Below are positions 25,070-35,836 of a DNA stretch of 64,000 nucleotides, piece after piece; position 1 is the first letter of the stretch; each line of letters opens with the position of its first letter. Position numbers and translations under genes: made by a program. Source of the stretch: Antedon mediterranea (Eukaryota > Animalia > Echinodermata); assembly GCF_964355755.1 (NCBI RefSeq), contig NC_092677.1, positions 1,386,101-1,450,100 on the forward strand. The letters are read 5' to 3'. Under the pieces are notes generated by a model. It saw only the letters and a list, made by a program, of their open reading frames with translations. It did not search any database and was not told the DNA's origin.

Positions 25070-28000
25070 TTCTTCACACACACGTGTGAGGGTGCTATGC
25101 GGCGTGGGTAGACGTGTTTTTTTAGCGGCTCCGTGATTAACACGCGCTAGGCCCAAACAATCATGGTAACGAAGAAAGAACTAGAAGAGATCATTGAAAC
25201 TATTACACAAGTACCAAATATGTTAACCAAGAAAGAACTGGAAGAGAGCAAGCAGTCACTGGACCTCAGTTCTCAGTTGGAAGAACTCAAGGAAGATCAA
25301 AAGAAACAGAAGGAGATTAGTGAATCTTCTTTAATCATATTGCAATTAAGACAACCAATATAAACCTTACTTATGGAAGAATCTTTAATTGACCTTAATT
25401 TAGGCTCCCTTTCATCATCTGTGTTTAATCCTAGCAATCTTGACGGAGATAGAGATCCTGATAATAACATTCTAAATAATATGAATTGGGAGTGCAATTA
25501 CTACACAGATGAACAATTTAGTAGAGAATGTAATATTAAAAATAAGTTTACTATTATTCATTTTAATAGTCGTAGTATGGGTGCAAATTTTGACAAAATA
25601 AAAAATTATTTATCAGAGTTGGGAGCATCACCTGACGTAATTGCAATTACAGAAACGTGGATACGACCTGATAATCCGATTACTTTTCACATTAATGGCT
25701 ATGTATTTTATAGTATTTCAAGACAAGAAAAGTATGGAGGGGGTGTTGCTCTTTTTATAAGAGAAAGTCTTAAACATAATGTTGTTGATAATATGTCATC
25801 CGTGATACCCGACTGCTGTGAATATATTTCTGCTATTGTCTATATTAATAATTCTAATCCAATTTACATATCATGTATATATCGTGCACCTGGTACAGAT
25901 ATAAAAATATTTACCGACACATTTTCAGATTTGGTCAAGTCCATGAATGATAAGCGGTTATTTATATGTGGTGACTGGAATATAGATCTACTTAAACATG
26001 AGAGTAATTGGGACACTAAATGTTTTATTGATAATAGTTTTAGTTTAGGACTTTTTCCTCTAATTACCAAACCAACAAGAATAACAGAAACAACAGCAAC
26101 CTTAATAGATAATTGTTTCACTTCTGATGTTCATTCTGTTATAAAAAGTGGTATCTTGATTAACGATATCACAGATCATTTACCAATTTTTACAACAATT
26201 AATTATAATGTTACGCCAAGTATTGCACATGAATATATTACTAAAAGATATTTTACTGAGGTTAAAATGAATGCTTTAAAAAATGATTTGCGTTGCACTG
26301 ATTGGAACAGTGTATTTAATGAAGAAGATCCAAATAATGCTTACGATGTTTTTAATGGTAATTTTATATACCTATTCAATAAATATTTCCCTCCCCAAAA
26401 GATTAAATTGACACAAAAAAGTAATTCAAAACCCTGGCTCACACCTGGCCTAATTAATGCATGTAAAAAGAAGAATAATCTATATAAACATTTTTTAAAA
26501 GATCGAACACAACTGTCTTCAAAAAAGTATAAGCAATACAAAAATAAGCTAACAAATATTCTAAGAAATGCTGAGAAACAATATTATAATAACTTATTAT
26601 TATTAAAACAAAATGATATTAGGGGTACTTGGAGTATCATAAATGGTCTGATTAAAACAAGAAATTATGGAAATCTGCCAAAAGATTTTATCGATAATCC
26701 TGTTGATACTATAAATGGTTTCAATACTTTTTTTGCTACCGTAGGACCTAACCTAGCCAAAAAAATAACAAGTCAATTTCCAAGTCGTGATAGTCCCAAT
26801 GATTATATTAAAAAACGTATTCCAAATTCTATTTTTTTAGAGGCCACTTCCAAAGTAGAATTAATTACAGAAGTGAACTTATTTAAGTCTAAAAATTCCA
26901 GCGGACATGATGACGTACCTATGTCAATAGTTAAACACATTATATACGAAATCAGTGAGCCATTGACACATATTTTTAATCGTTCGCTTGAGACTGGTAT
27001 TTTCCCAGATACCCTTAAGATTGCAAAAATTGTTCCCATCTTCAAAGCTGGGGATAAAAGTAGTTTTTCAAATTATCGACCGATCTCCTTGCTGCCCCAA
27101 TTTTCTAAAATTTTTGAAAAATTATTTAACAACCGTCTGTTGAAATTTATTGACAAATTTAACATTCTATACTCAGGACAATTTGGTTTTAGGAAAAATA
27201 TGTCCACTAGCCATGCATTGCTTCACTTTTCCGAGTATATACTTAAAGAGATGGACAGGTCTAACTATACAATCGGAATTTTTATTGACTTAAAAAAGGC
27301 GTTTGATACCATCGACCACAATATCCTTATAAAAAAACTTGAAGCTTATGGTATTCGTGGAATTGCCAATAAATGGATCCAAAATTATCTTTCTAACAGA
27401 AAACAATTTGTGACAATACGTGGTGATACCACCTCAGAATTATCAGACATTTTATGTGGCATCCCACAGGGATCTATTTTGGGGCCCACTTTATTCCTTT
27501 TATATATTAATGACATTTGTAATGCTTCTTCCCTATTGAAATACACGCTTTATGCTGATGATACGAACATACTTTTTTCTGGTAAGAACCTGCAATGTAT
27601 CTGTAATATTATTAATGATGAGCTAAAAAAAATTGATACTTGGTTTAAGGTAAATAAATTGACGTTGAATCATAGTAAGACAAAGTATATTGTTTTTAGT
27701 CGCAAAAACAATTATGAACCAACCAATTTAGTTATTAGTGGTGTTGCAATTGAACGGGTAAATAAAATAAAGTTTTTAGGAGTTATTATTGATGGAAAAC
27801 TAAATTGGAAGTATCATATTGAATATATTCATTCCAAAATTTCTAAAAGTATTGGAATTATTTATAAAGTAAAACATTTACTAAATACATCAGCTTTATT
27901 TAAATTATATAATTCATTAGTTTTGCCATATTTTACATATTGTTGTGAAGTCTGGGGTAATACCTTTAAAACTAATTTAAATTGTTTATACATATTACAA

Positions 28001-28679
28001 AAAAAGGCACTCAGACTTGTTATGAAAGTCCCATACACCAGTCCAAGTAAACCAATTTTTAATTTTTTTAAAACTCTTGATCTTTATAATTTAATAAAAC
28101 TATATACCGTTTCTCTAATGCATAAAGCTTTTCATAACTTACTCCCAGTGATTGTTCAAAATAATTTCATTTTATGCTCAGCTGTCCACGATAAATACAC
28201 GCGACAAAAACACCATTTCTACCCACAATTTAAAAGAACCACTCAAAAATCATTAAGTTTAGTTAGTAAAGGGGTTGAACTTTGGCGTGATATACCTGAG
28301 ACTCTTAAGTTACTTAAGAATCCTATAACTTTTAAAATAAAATACAAAAATAAATTACTTTTGCAATACTCTGATTAGAACAGGTTTTTTTTTTTTATCT
28401 TTTTTCTTTTTACAATTACATCTTACTCTCTGAGAAATCTTTTTTGTTTTTTTAAGATAAAGAAAAAAAAAGAAACTTTCTTAAAAGTTACATTTTGTTT
28501 GCCTATGCCGTTGTGCCTTTGTTTCATATTACTATTTATAAACTGTTTTGTAACAGGGGGTTTCTACTTATAAGCTGTGCTTCAGAGATTCCCCCTTTCC
28601 ATTCTTTCATTTTTGTAATGAATATTTATGTATTGTTTTATTTTGTTGTGAATGGAAATAAAGAAACAAACAAACAAAC
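25070..28679 (+). mobile_element. LINE of the CR1/L2 group (Crack/Daphne-like), near full length; 5' boundary approximate
   Basis: Short GC-richer 5' UTR, a 66-aa coiled-coil-like ORF1 remnant (25163-25363), intact ORF2, and a 3' end with AATAAA followed by (AAAC)n. Confidence 0.85.
25373..28378 (+). CDS. LINE ORF2: APE endonuclease plus reverse transcriptase, 1001 aa
   Basis: EN motifs IIHFNSRS, IAITETW, GGGVALF, ICGDWNID, TLIDN and DITDHLPI; RT motifs NYRPISLL, QFGFR, IDLKKAFDT, GIPQGSILGP, YADD and KFLG. Confidence 0.97.
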   Translation: MEESLIDLNLGSLSSSVFNPSNLDGDRDPDNNILNNMNWECNYYTDEQFSRECNIKNKFTIIHFNSRSMGANFDKIKNYLSELGASPDVIAITETWIRPDNPITFHINGYVFYSISRQEKYGGGVALFIRESLKHNVVDNMSSVIPDCCEYISAIVYINNSNPIYISCIYRAPGTDIKIFTDTFSDLVKSMNDKRLFICGDWNIDLLKHESNWDTKCFIDNSFSLGLFPLITKPTRITETTATLIDNCFTSDVHSVIKSGILINDITDHLPIFTTINYNVTPSIAHEYITKRYFTEVKMNALKNDLRCTDWNSVFNEEDPNNAYDVFNGNFIYLFNKYFPPQKIKLTQKSNSKPWLTPGLINACKKKNNLYKHFLKDRTQLSSKKYKQYKNKLTNILRNAEKQYYNNLLLLKQNDIRGTWSIINGLIKTRNYGNLPKDFIDNPVDTINGFNTFFATVGPNLAKKITSQFPSRDSPNDYIKKRIPNSIFLEATSKVELITEVNLFKSKNSSGHDDVPMSIVKHIIYEISEPLTHIFNRSLETGIFPDTLKIAKIVPIFKAGDKSSFSNYRPISLLPQFSKIFEKLFNNRLLKFIDKFNILYSGQFGFRKNMSTSHALLHFSEYILKEMDRSNYTIGIFIDLKKAFDTIDHNILIKKLEAYGIRGIANKWIQNYLSNRKQFVTIRGDTTSELSDILCGIPQGSILGPTLFLLYINDICNASSLLKYTLYADDTNILFSGKNLQCICNIINDELKKIDTWFKVNKLTLNHSKTKYIVFSRKNNYEPTNLVISGVAIERVNKIKFLGVIIDGKLNWKYHIEYIHSKISKSIGIIYKVKHLLNTSALFKLYNSLVLPYFTYCCEVWGNTFKTNLNCLYILQKKALRLVMKVPYTSPSKPIFNFFKTLDLYNLIKLYTVSLMHKAFHNLLPVIVQNNFILCSAVHDKYTRQKHHFYPQFKRTTQKSLSLVSKGVELWRDIPETLKLLKNPITFKIKYKNKLLLQYSD

Positions 28680-31600
28680 GTTCACTATGCAAAATGTGTC
28701 GAGGCTAATCGACAGCTAGGCAAGACATTAAACTAAGTAGTAATTGGAAATAGCCCAAAGAAAGCTTAGACCCACAAGAATAAAGAATGTGTATAATTTG
28801 TGTACTGTATTTTTTTAATTCTGCTATTTTATTATCAAACAATATGCATGTACTCAAAGGAACTTTAAAAATGCGCGTATATGAACACATGAGATGGGAA
28901 GATTAGACCCACGAGAATAAAAAATGTATTTTTGTGTAATGTTTTATTGTTTAATTTTGCTGATTTATTACTCGGACTGTGTCATACCATGGAGTAAAGA
29001 TTTTACTCCATGGTCATACCTAACTAACACACACGTCACACACACCAACACAGTACTACTAGAATATACATGGGTTTAGAGACTAGTAATTAGGCCTAAT
29101 AGTATCAATAGAAACTATAATTTTAACACGTAATTCTTTAGTAATAAATTATATTAAAAACACCATAAACTAAAGGCTGATTATTTCGACAATCCACACA
29201 AAACGCCGCTATTCTATTATGAAATCGCACGCGGCAACAACAGCGGAGATAGGCCTAGAATCGTACCGCACTTGTGTAAACTGTAATCACTTCTTGTTGC
29301 TATACGCTTGGGTGCACACGGAACAAGAAAATTTAACTGATGAATTATTCATGTTTATTTTGTGACGTTTCATGAGGGGGTCCCCAACTTATGTACGAAA
29401 AAAAAAATCGCGGCCCGGCCCATCGCGGTTTACGCGTGATATCATGTTCCACCCAGGGACCAGAATGTGTACTGTGTAGTTAATTTCCAGGCGAAGTTTA
29501 CTGACGCGTTACGTCGTGTACTGTGTATCGACAGCAAAAGGGTACGAATTATCTTCGCGATCTATTTATTGTTCATATGTTCAATTTTTTAATTTACGAT
29601 TACCGTGGGGTACCTGAACCTGAAATAGACGTTTTTCACTGTAGGCTCGGCCTACATCACTAAACAAAAAACCATGCCATTTTCGTTTAGCCAACATCTT
29701 ATTATAGTTAAGTTATTACATTTCCAATGTCCTGTATGTCATGAACTGCCTGTACATCGAAATTCCAGATTCACATCTGGGAAATAAACTGATTTCCCCG
29801 ATGGAAAATGGTCTACGCTTGTAGACGCATTCCCCTCCAAATAAAATTTAAAAGGGTAACTTGTTTAGGCCTCTATGTCTGAAATTTTTTTAAGTATAGG
29901 TGTAATTTTTGAAGACCTGCATCTCTAGTTTTCAAAATTGTCTTAGCTCAACCGTCCTAAATTATAGAGCTGGTCATGTATACTCACCGTACATTTTGTT
30001 TCATATTTCGATGTACAATATACAGTCAGTGCATTGAACCTTGAGCTCTATTTTTTCATTTTTTTTTTATATCCATGGTAGGGCTGGAGACGTACCGGTA
30101 TATATCTTGTGTTATGCTTCGAAGTATAATAAGTTAAATTTCCAGGACCTAGCAACTCTATTTTTAGAATGTTCTTAGCTCCACCCCAACCATGGTGGGC
30201 TGGACCTATAATTTCGTTTCATATTCAATGTTTTGCAGGGACCTAGCAGCTCTATTTTTGACAATTTTCTTAGCTCTGGTTCTGTAGACTTATAATTTCG
30301 TTTCATTTATCAATATGGGCCTATATAAGTGCAATTTCCAGGTACCTAGCAGGTCTATTTTTCACAATTTTCTAAGCAGCTCAACCCTAATGTTTGGGCT
30401 GGTCCTGGAGCCTTATATATTTTGTTTCTTTTTTTCGAAATACTATAATCCAATATCCGGGGACCTAACAACTCTAGTTGTTTAAATGTCCTTAGCTCCA
30501 TTTCAACCTCGGTGGGCTTGTTGTCTGATAGACTTGTAATTTTGTTTTATATATCAATGTATAATTGCAATTTCTGGGGACCTAGCAGCTCTATTTTTCA
30601 AAATTGGCGGCCCCCTGGCCCCAAGCCAAGTGATGCTCGCTTCACTCGCATAGCCCCCCGACGGGGAATTTAGCCCCGGCGTCGGAAAGATCCTGGCGCC
30701 ACCCCTGTGCGTAAGTTAAAATTGATTTGACATTCTCGCGCTTTTATATTTCTGAGTTTGATTTGAGTTTCCACTGATTGACTCTTGAATATGTATATTA
30801 CGATTATTAATTTCACCATCACAGATCTAGTAAACGCAGTTCCAAATCAATTGTCTTGGTTTATTGATATTACATACGGTACTCTCATTACTCTTCACAG
30901 TCATTTTAATAAACATAAATCAATATGATATATTATGATTTAGATTTTGAAGGGATTTTGAATGAAATTCAATGTGAACGAATTTAGAATGTGACCGTTT
31001 TATAGAGCCTCTGAATTTTTGTATTTTGAATTTGTTTTTAAAACCAAGTACCGTAAGCTAATTTCCTCTTTATAAGAATGTAAACAAAATATGGTTTAGG
31101 GGTGTAGTGGTAATACCTTATTTTCCTTGAAGCATAACAATGAGTACGGTAAATCTAATCTGGTGACAGGGATAGCATTCAATTATACCCGTGCGCGAGT
31201 TTGGTTGCAATAATATTTCATTTCTGTTTTTAAATGTTAATGTTACGAGTATACTGTAATTTGATCATCTTAATGATTCAATAAATTTGACATGAACTGA
31301 AGTACAGTACACTATGAGGAAGTAAAAATAATATATCAAGAAGTAGCAAAATCAGTCCATACTCATATAACAGGAACAATCAATAAGTACGTATACAATA
31401 CGATAATTAGAGTGTGGTAGAGTGCGAGACAATAATAGCGAAACAGATCTGCACCTTATGCAGCGGAATTTAAACATTTCCTTTTCATACAAATTCGCAC
31501 CCATACATTTTTTTGCAGTAAAAAACAATCGCAGGTAGTTAATTTCTCTGGACATTCACCGGCAAAAAGTAAGTTGTTGCAAGATGTTTTATCAAATTAT

Positions 31601-32223
31601 TTTCAATTGTTTTACTGAATGTTTGGATAGTTTAGATAATTCGTGATAAACGAACAATAATCCTAGTACGTTATAGCATGATCTAGAGGAAGTAAACATT
31701 GTTATATCAAAGTGTACATGGCTTGACAATTCACATTTCTGACACTGTATAGGAAGAATGAATATTTTACGTGAGGTAATTTCCCGACTGTAAAATCAAC
31801 GATGAGTATGATGATCAACTTTCCTCATTCACATTCTTTTAGAAAGATATAACTGGTAAAGAAAGCCTGTCTAGTGTGGTAATGATAGAGGTCCGAACAT
31901 GAATAACTTCGGCTTTAGAAGTCACGATGCTTAATTGTTATGACCCTGTATAACCAAATTATGATGGGTTGAACAATTGTATTCTTATTGACATAAGAAA
32001 AACTATTATCTCTAAACAGCAACATGAATGAATTGCGGAGAGCAGAAACATGAACACTAGTTGATCATACCCAGTATCATGATGTTGCTGTTGTATGATA
32101 ATGAAAATAGATACATACCGAGAATCGGCTGACTTATCTCAGGAGTCGGAGTAGTCATGGTTTGTAATTTACAAGTCTGTAATCCTGCTGGCTCTGACGC
32201 GATTCATTTTCTTTACAGATTTA

Positions 32224-35147
32224 ATGGAGGGGATATATGGTGTAATAATAATTCTAATGTTTCAACTATGTTCTTGTAAGTAAGAAATTAGAAAACAAAT
32301 AAATAAATAATTAAAAAAAATAATTTAAAAATAATAATAATAAAAATACAAAACTTTCTCGAAACACATAAATAAGTAATTAAAACAAATAATGTTAAAA
32401 GTGTGATGTAGAATGTTAATTTTAGTTAAAATGCTCAGCAGATGTGTCTGTGATTGAATAGAAATGTTATACTTGAAATGTGAAAAAGAAGGTAGGTAAT
32501 CGAATTTCGCTGACGTTTTTAAACAAAAAATGTCAGCGAAATTCGATTACCTACCTATTGATTTTTTTCTATGTCAAAATATATAAATTCATATCATGTA
32601 TTCTATTTCAGTTTTAAATGGTCAAACTGAACCTATAGTCAATGTACAAAATGCTAACTTTAAAGTAGGTGAAAATGCTGTTATCATCTGTGATTACACA
32701 CTCGGTGGTGGTACAAAAACACTTCAGGCTGCTCAATGGTACAATAGCACATCAACAGGAGATAGGTTAAACCTTCTTGTTAATAGTGCTCTAACAAAGC
32801 CAAATGGTAGATATGCAGTTGATACCACACAAACTGGTGTGGTTACTCTCATTATTGCAAACACAGTATTGTCTGATGATGGATACTATCTATGTAGAAT
32901 TGTTGATTCACCTGCTGTTGAAACTGGTGAAAATGTTGGAAAGCTTACTGTTCAATGTAAGTATGAATGTTTACATCATTTAACAATGAATAAATATTTT
33001 ATATTAAAAATAAGTGTGATTGTGAACAGAATGGTGGTCTTTTAATGTTTACCAGTGGCTTACCAATAATCAATTAATATTTTATTTCTCAGAATAAATT
33101 GCACATCAAACTAACAACAAATATCTAAATATCTACCAAGAAAAAAATAATAATAGGAAGGGTAAGACTATCAAACAATATCGTTGGTCAAAGAGAGAAG
33201 CTATCTCTATTGAGAGTACATTATATTCAATTAATATACTAATTAAACTAGAGTATTGAACAATATACTTTGAGAAAGTATTCATAAAAAAAGATAAATA
33301 GGGAACGCCATATAAACAAACATCATGCCGGTACTACACTATCAAACAATATCGTTGGTCAAAGAGAGAAGCTATCGCTATTGAGAGTATATATACTAAT
33401 TAAACTAGAGTATTGAACAATTTGAGAAAGTATTCATAAAAAAAGATAAATAGGGAACGCCATATAAACAAACATCATGCCGGTACTACACTAATTGAGA
33501 TACAACAATAGTCTGATGCGTTTTGATAGTTGATTTCTGGAATATACAATGCATCTTTTTAGTTTATACACTTCGACATGGTGAATGTAAGACTGTTTAT
33601 TTTGCCTTTACAGATCTTGAAGAACCAGTTCTAAATCCAACAAACTTGTCTATCAACGAAATAGAAACTGTGACATTTACATGTTCTAACCTTATTGGTG
33701 TACCAACAATTACCGTCACATGGATCAAAGATGGCAATGAACTTGGTGTTTTTGATACAGACAAGTATCCGTCTTCTGATGCAACATTAACGATTAATGA
33801 CGTTGATGAAGAAGATGAAGGAGATTATCAGTGTAGAGCAGAGAATGCTGCTTATAGTGGAACAGATGGTAAACTTAGTAATACTGCCACACTGTCAATA
33901 GGTTGGTGGGAATAAACATTTTGATAAATAATATATTTTATTGGCATTATAGTATAAGTATGTTCTGCATGTCAAAATTATAAATGGAATATTCATATAT
34001 ATTATGTCATGCGGTAACAAAAATAAAGCACAGCTATACAGCGAAATCTGAAAGTTTCAGTTTATTAAAGCCATTTTTATAATATGAACGCATGACGTGT
34101 CTTACTATTGCTTGTTTGATTTATATTTCTTTAGCATTAACGACAACTTCTTCTATACCCAGTAAGTCAACTACACGTAGGTTCTGTTTGTTTGCATTGT
34201 ATTTATTGTAATTTCCGGGTTTTTCCATTTTCGTAAAGCAGGATAGGAATGGGAGGGGATATCCCCCGCCGAATTCCAATGATCTGCATGAGTGCTTAAA
34301 AGGGAAAATAGTGATGACTTTTGTATAACATTTGTCAACACTACATTATTGTAAACATGTTTAAAAGACATGGAAACACTGATCCCTTTGTAGGCCTATG
34401 TATGGTTTAGTTGCATTGCCTTCCGGAATTTTGCGAAAAGCAAATAAAGGATAAGAAATCTGGGAGAGGGTGCAGACAGGATCTGCATGAGTGCTTAAAA
34501 AGTAAAATATGACCTTTGTATAAACATGTTTGAAATAACATGGAAACACTTATCCTTCAGTATTAATTGTTCAGTTTTAAGTACAGAAGCTCCAAAGAGT
34601 GAAAATGATTGTAATTCAACTGGTCTTGTTGTTGGAATGACGTTTGTTGGTGTGCTCATTGGATTCATTATCTGTTTGCTTGTGGGTTTTATCATCAGCA
34701 AAATAAGGAAGTCACATGCACAAGTAAAGTATAATTCAGAAAGTAGAACCAAAAGCAAAAGTGTAGACTTGAAATGACCAAAGGTTTAATGAAATACCGC
34801 ATACTTAAGTAATGGAAACTATTTAAACATTAAATTTGATTTTAAAGGTACCTACATCGAAAAATACCAACCAATCAGGGGTAAGGATGTTACTTCAACT
34901 CTAATTATTCAATTTCCCTCATCATCATTATTATTATTTCTATTGTCACCAATATATCAATAAAGGTTTACACGATAATTCTTTTTTTGCATGCACTAAA
35001 CTGTTGTATTATTTTTAGCAGCAGGCGTATATGACTTATACTGGAGAGACAGATAAAGAAACAAACCACACATACCAAGATTTACAGAAGAAAGACGATA
35101 ATCAAGCTGTATATGTAAATGTTAAAGCAAAAAAAGACAAAAAATAA
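32224..35147 (+). CDS. Intact Ig receptor G8 (exons 32224-32275, 32612-32956, 33614-33901, 34135-34161, 34575-34723, 34848-34880, 35019-35147)
   Basis: Leader MEGIYGVIIILMFQLCSFLNG; G5-like V domain (VIICDY..QWY..DDGYYLC); all exons in frame. Confidence 0.88.
32490..32556. repeat. Near-perfect hairpin in G8 intron 1
   Basis: AGGTAGGTAATCGAATTTCGCTGAC..GTCAGCGAAATTCGATTACCTACCT. Confidence 0.9.
33167..33493 (+). repeat. ~160-170-bp tandem duplication in G8 intron 2
   Basis: ACTATCAAACAATATCGTTGGTC..CATGCCGGTACTAC occurs twice with small deletions. Confidence 0.85.
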
Positions 35148-35836
35148 TATACATGTTTAAAATAAAAATAAAATAAATATATTATAATTATTAATGGAAT
35201 ATCATTACTATGGTTTGAAACTACAATCACATACCTCTTGATGGTTATATTATAGAAATAAAGAGAAATCATAACCTTGAGAAAGTGTATTCTTTCTCTT
35301 GATTTAACTCTTAACGCGTACAAAAATAAAAAGGAAATGTGATGCTGCAATTTGTTTTGCATTAACTAAACAAAAAGTACCTAGCCCCAGAATTTATTAT
35401 ACGGTAAATAGGAATATTTGATGTAAAGATGAAAACCATACACATATACTTGAAACATGGAAAAAAAAGATAACTAACACGACTTTGTTGAAAATGTTAT
35501 TTCTTTTATGTTGGCAATAAAACGTGCTTGTATTAGACCAATTTATTCGTTACTTTGAATGTAATGTTTGACTGCATTATTGCATTGATAATGACCATAA
35601 TACCAGCATAAGAAAGAAAATAAACTAGACAATTATTCTTTATTAAGAATAAGTCTTTTTGAGGAGTAGTGATAACAAAAAAGTTTAGACGGGAGAGCTT
35701 AACAACAGTGAACGTTGAGGGTGTATGTAATTGAATCAACTCGTATTAGGCCTACTTTCATATAATGTCACAGAACAAGGAAGGACAATTTCGATTTATA
35801 TTCGATATTCGCTATACTAGTAATTCTGTCTTTGTG

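Larger units (their letters stand above)
24873..29421. repeat. Long inverted repeat pair (~24873-24990 vs ~29287-29421) bracketing the LINE inside the hAT element
   Basis: GGGCCCGGCCGCGAATTTTTTTTTCGTACATAA..AAGCGTATAGCAACAAGAA recurs reverse-complemented with a ~20-nt indel. Confidence 0.8.
24573..30707. mobile_element. Non-autonomous hAT-like DNA transposon containing nested elements
   Basis: TIRs CAGTGGTGGCGCCAG / CTGGCGCCACCCCTG (14/15 match) and 8-bp TSD TGCGTAAG (24565-24572, 30708-30715). ~100-bp subterminal repeats at ~29870-30610. Confidence 0.88.
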
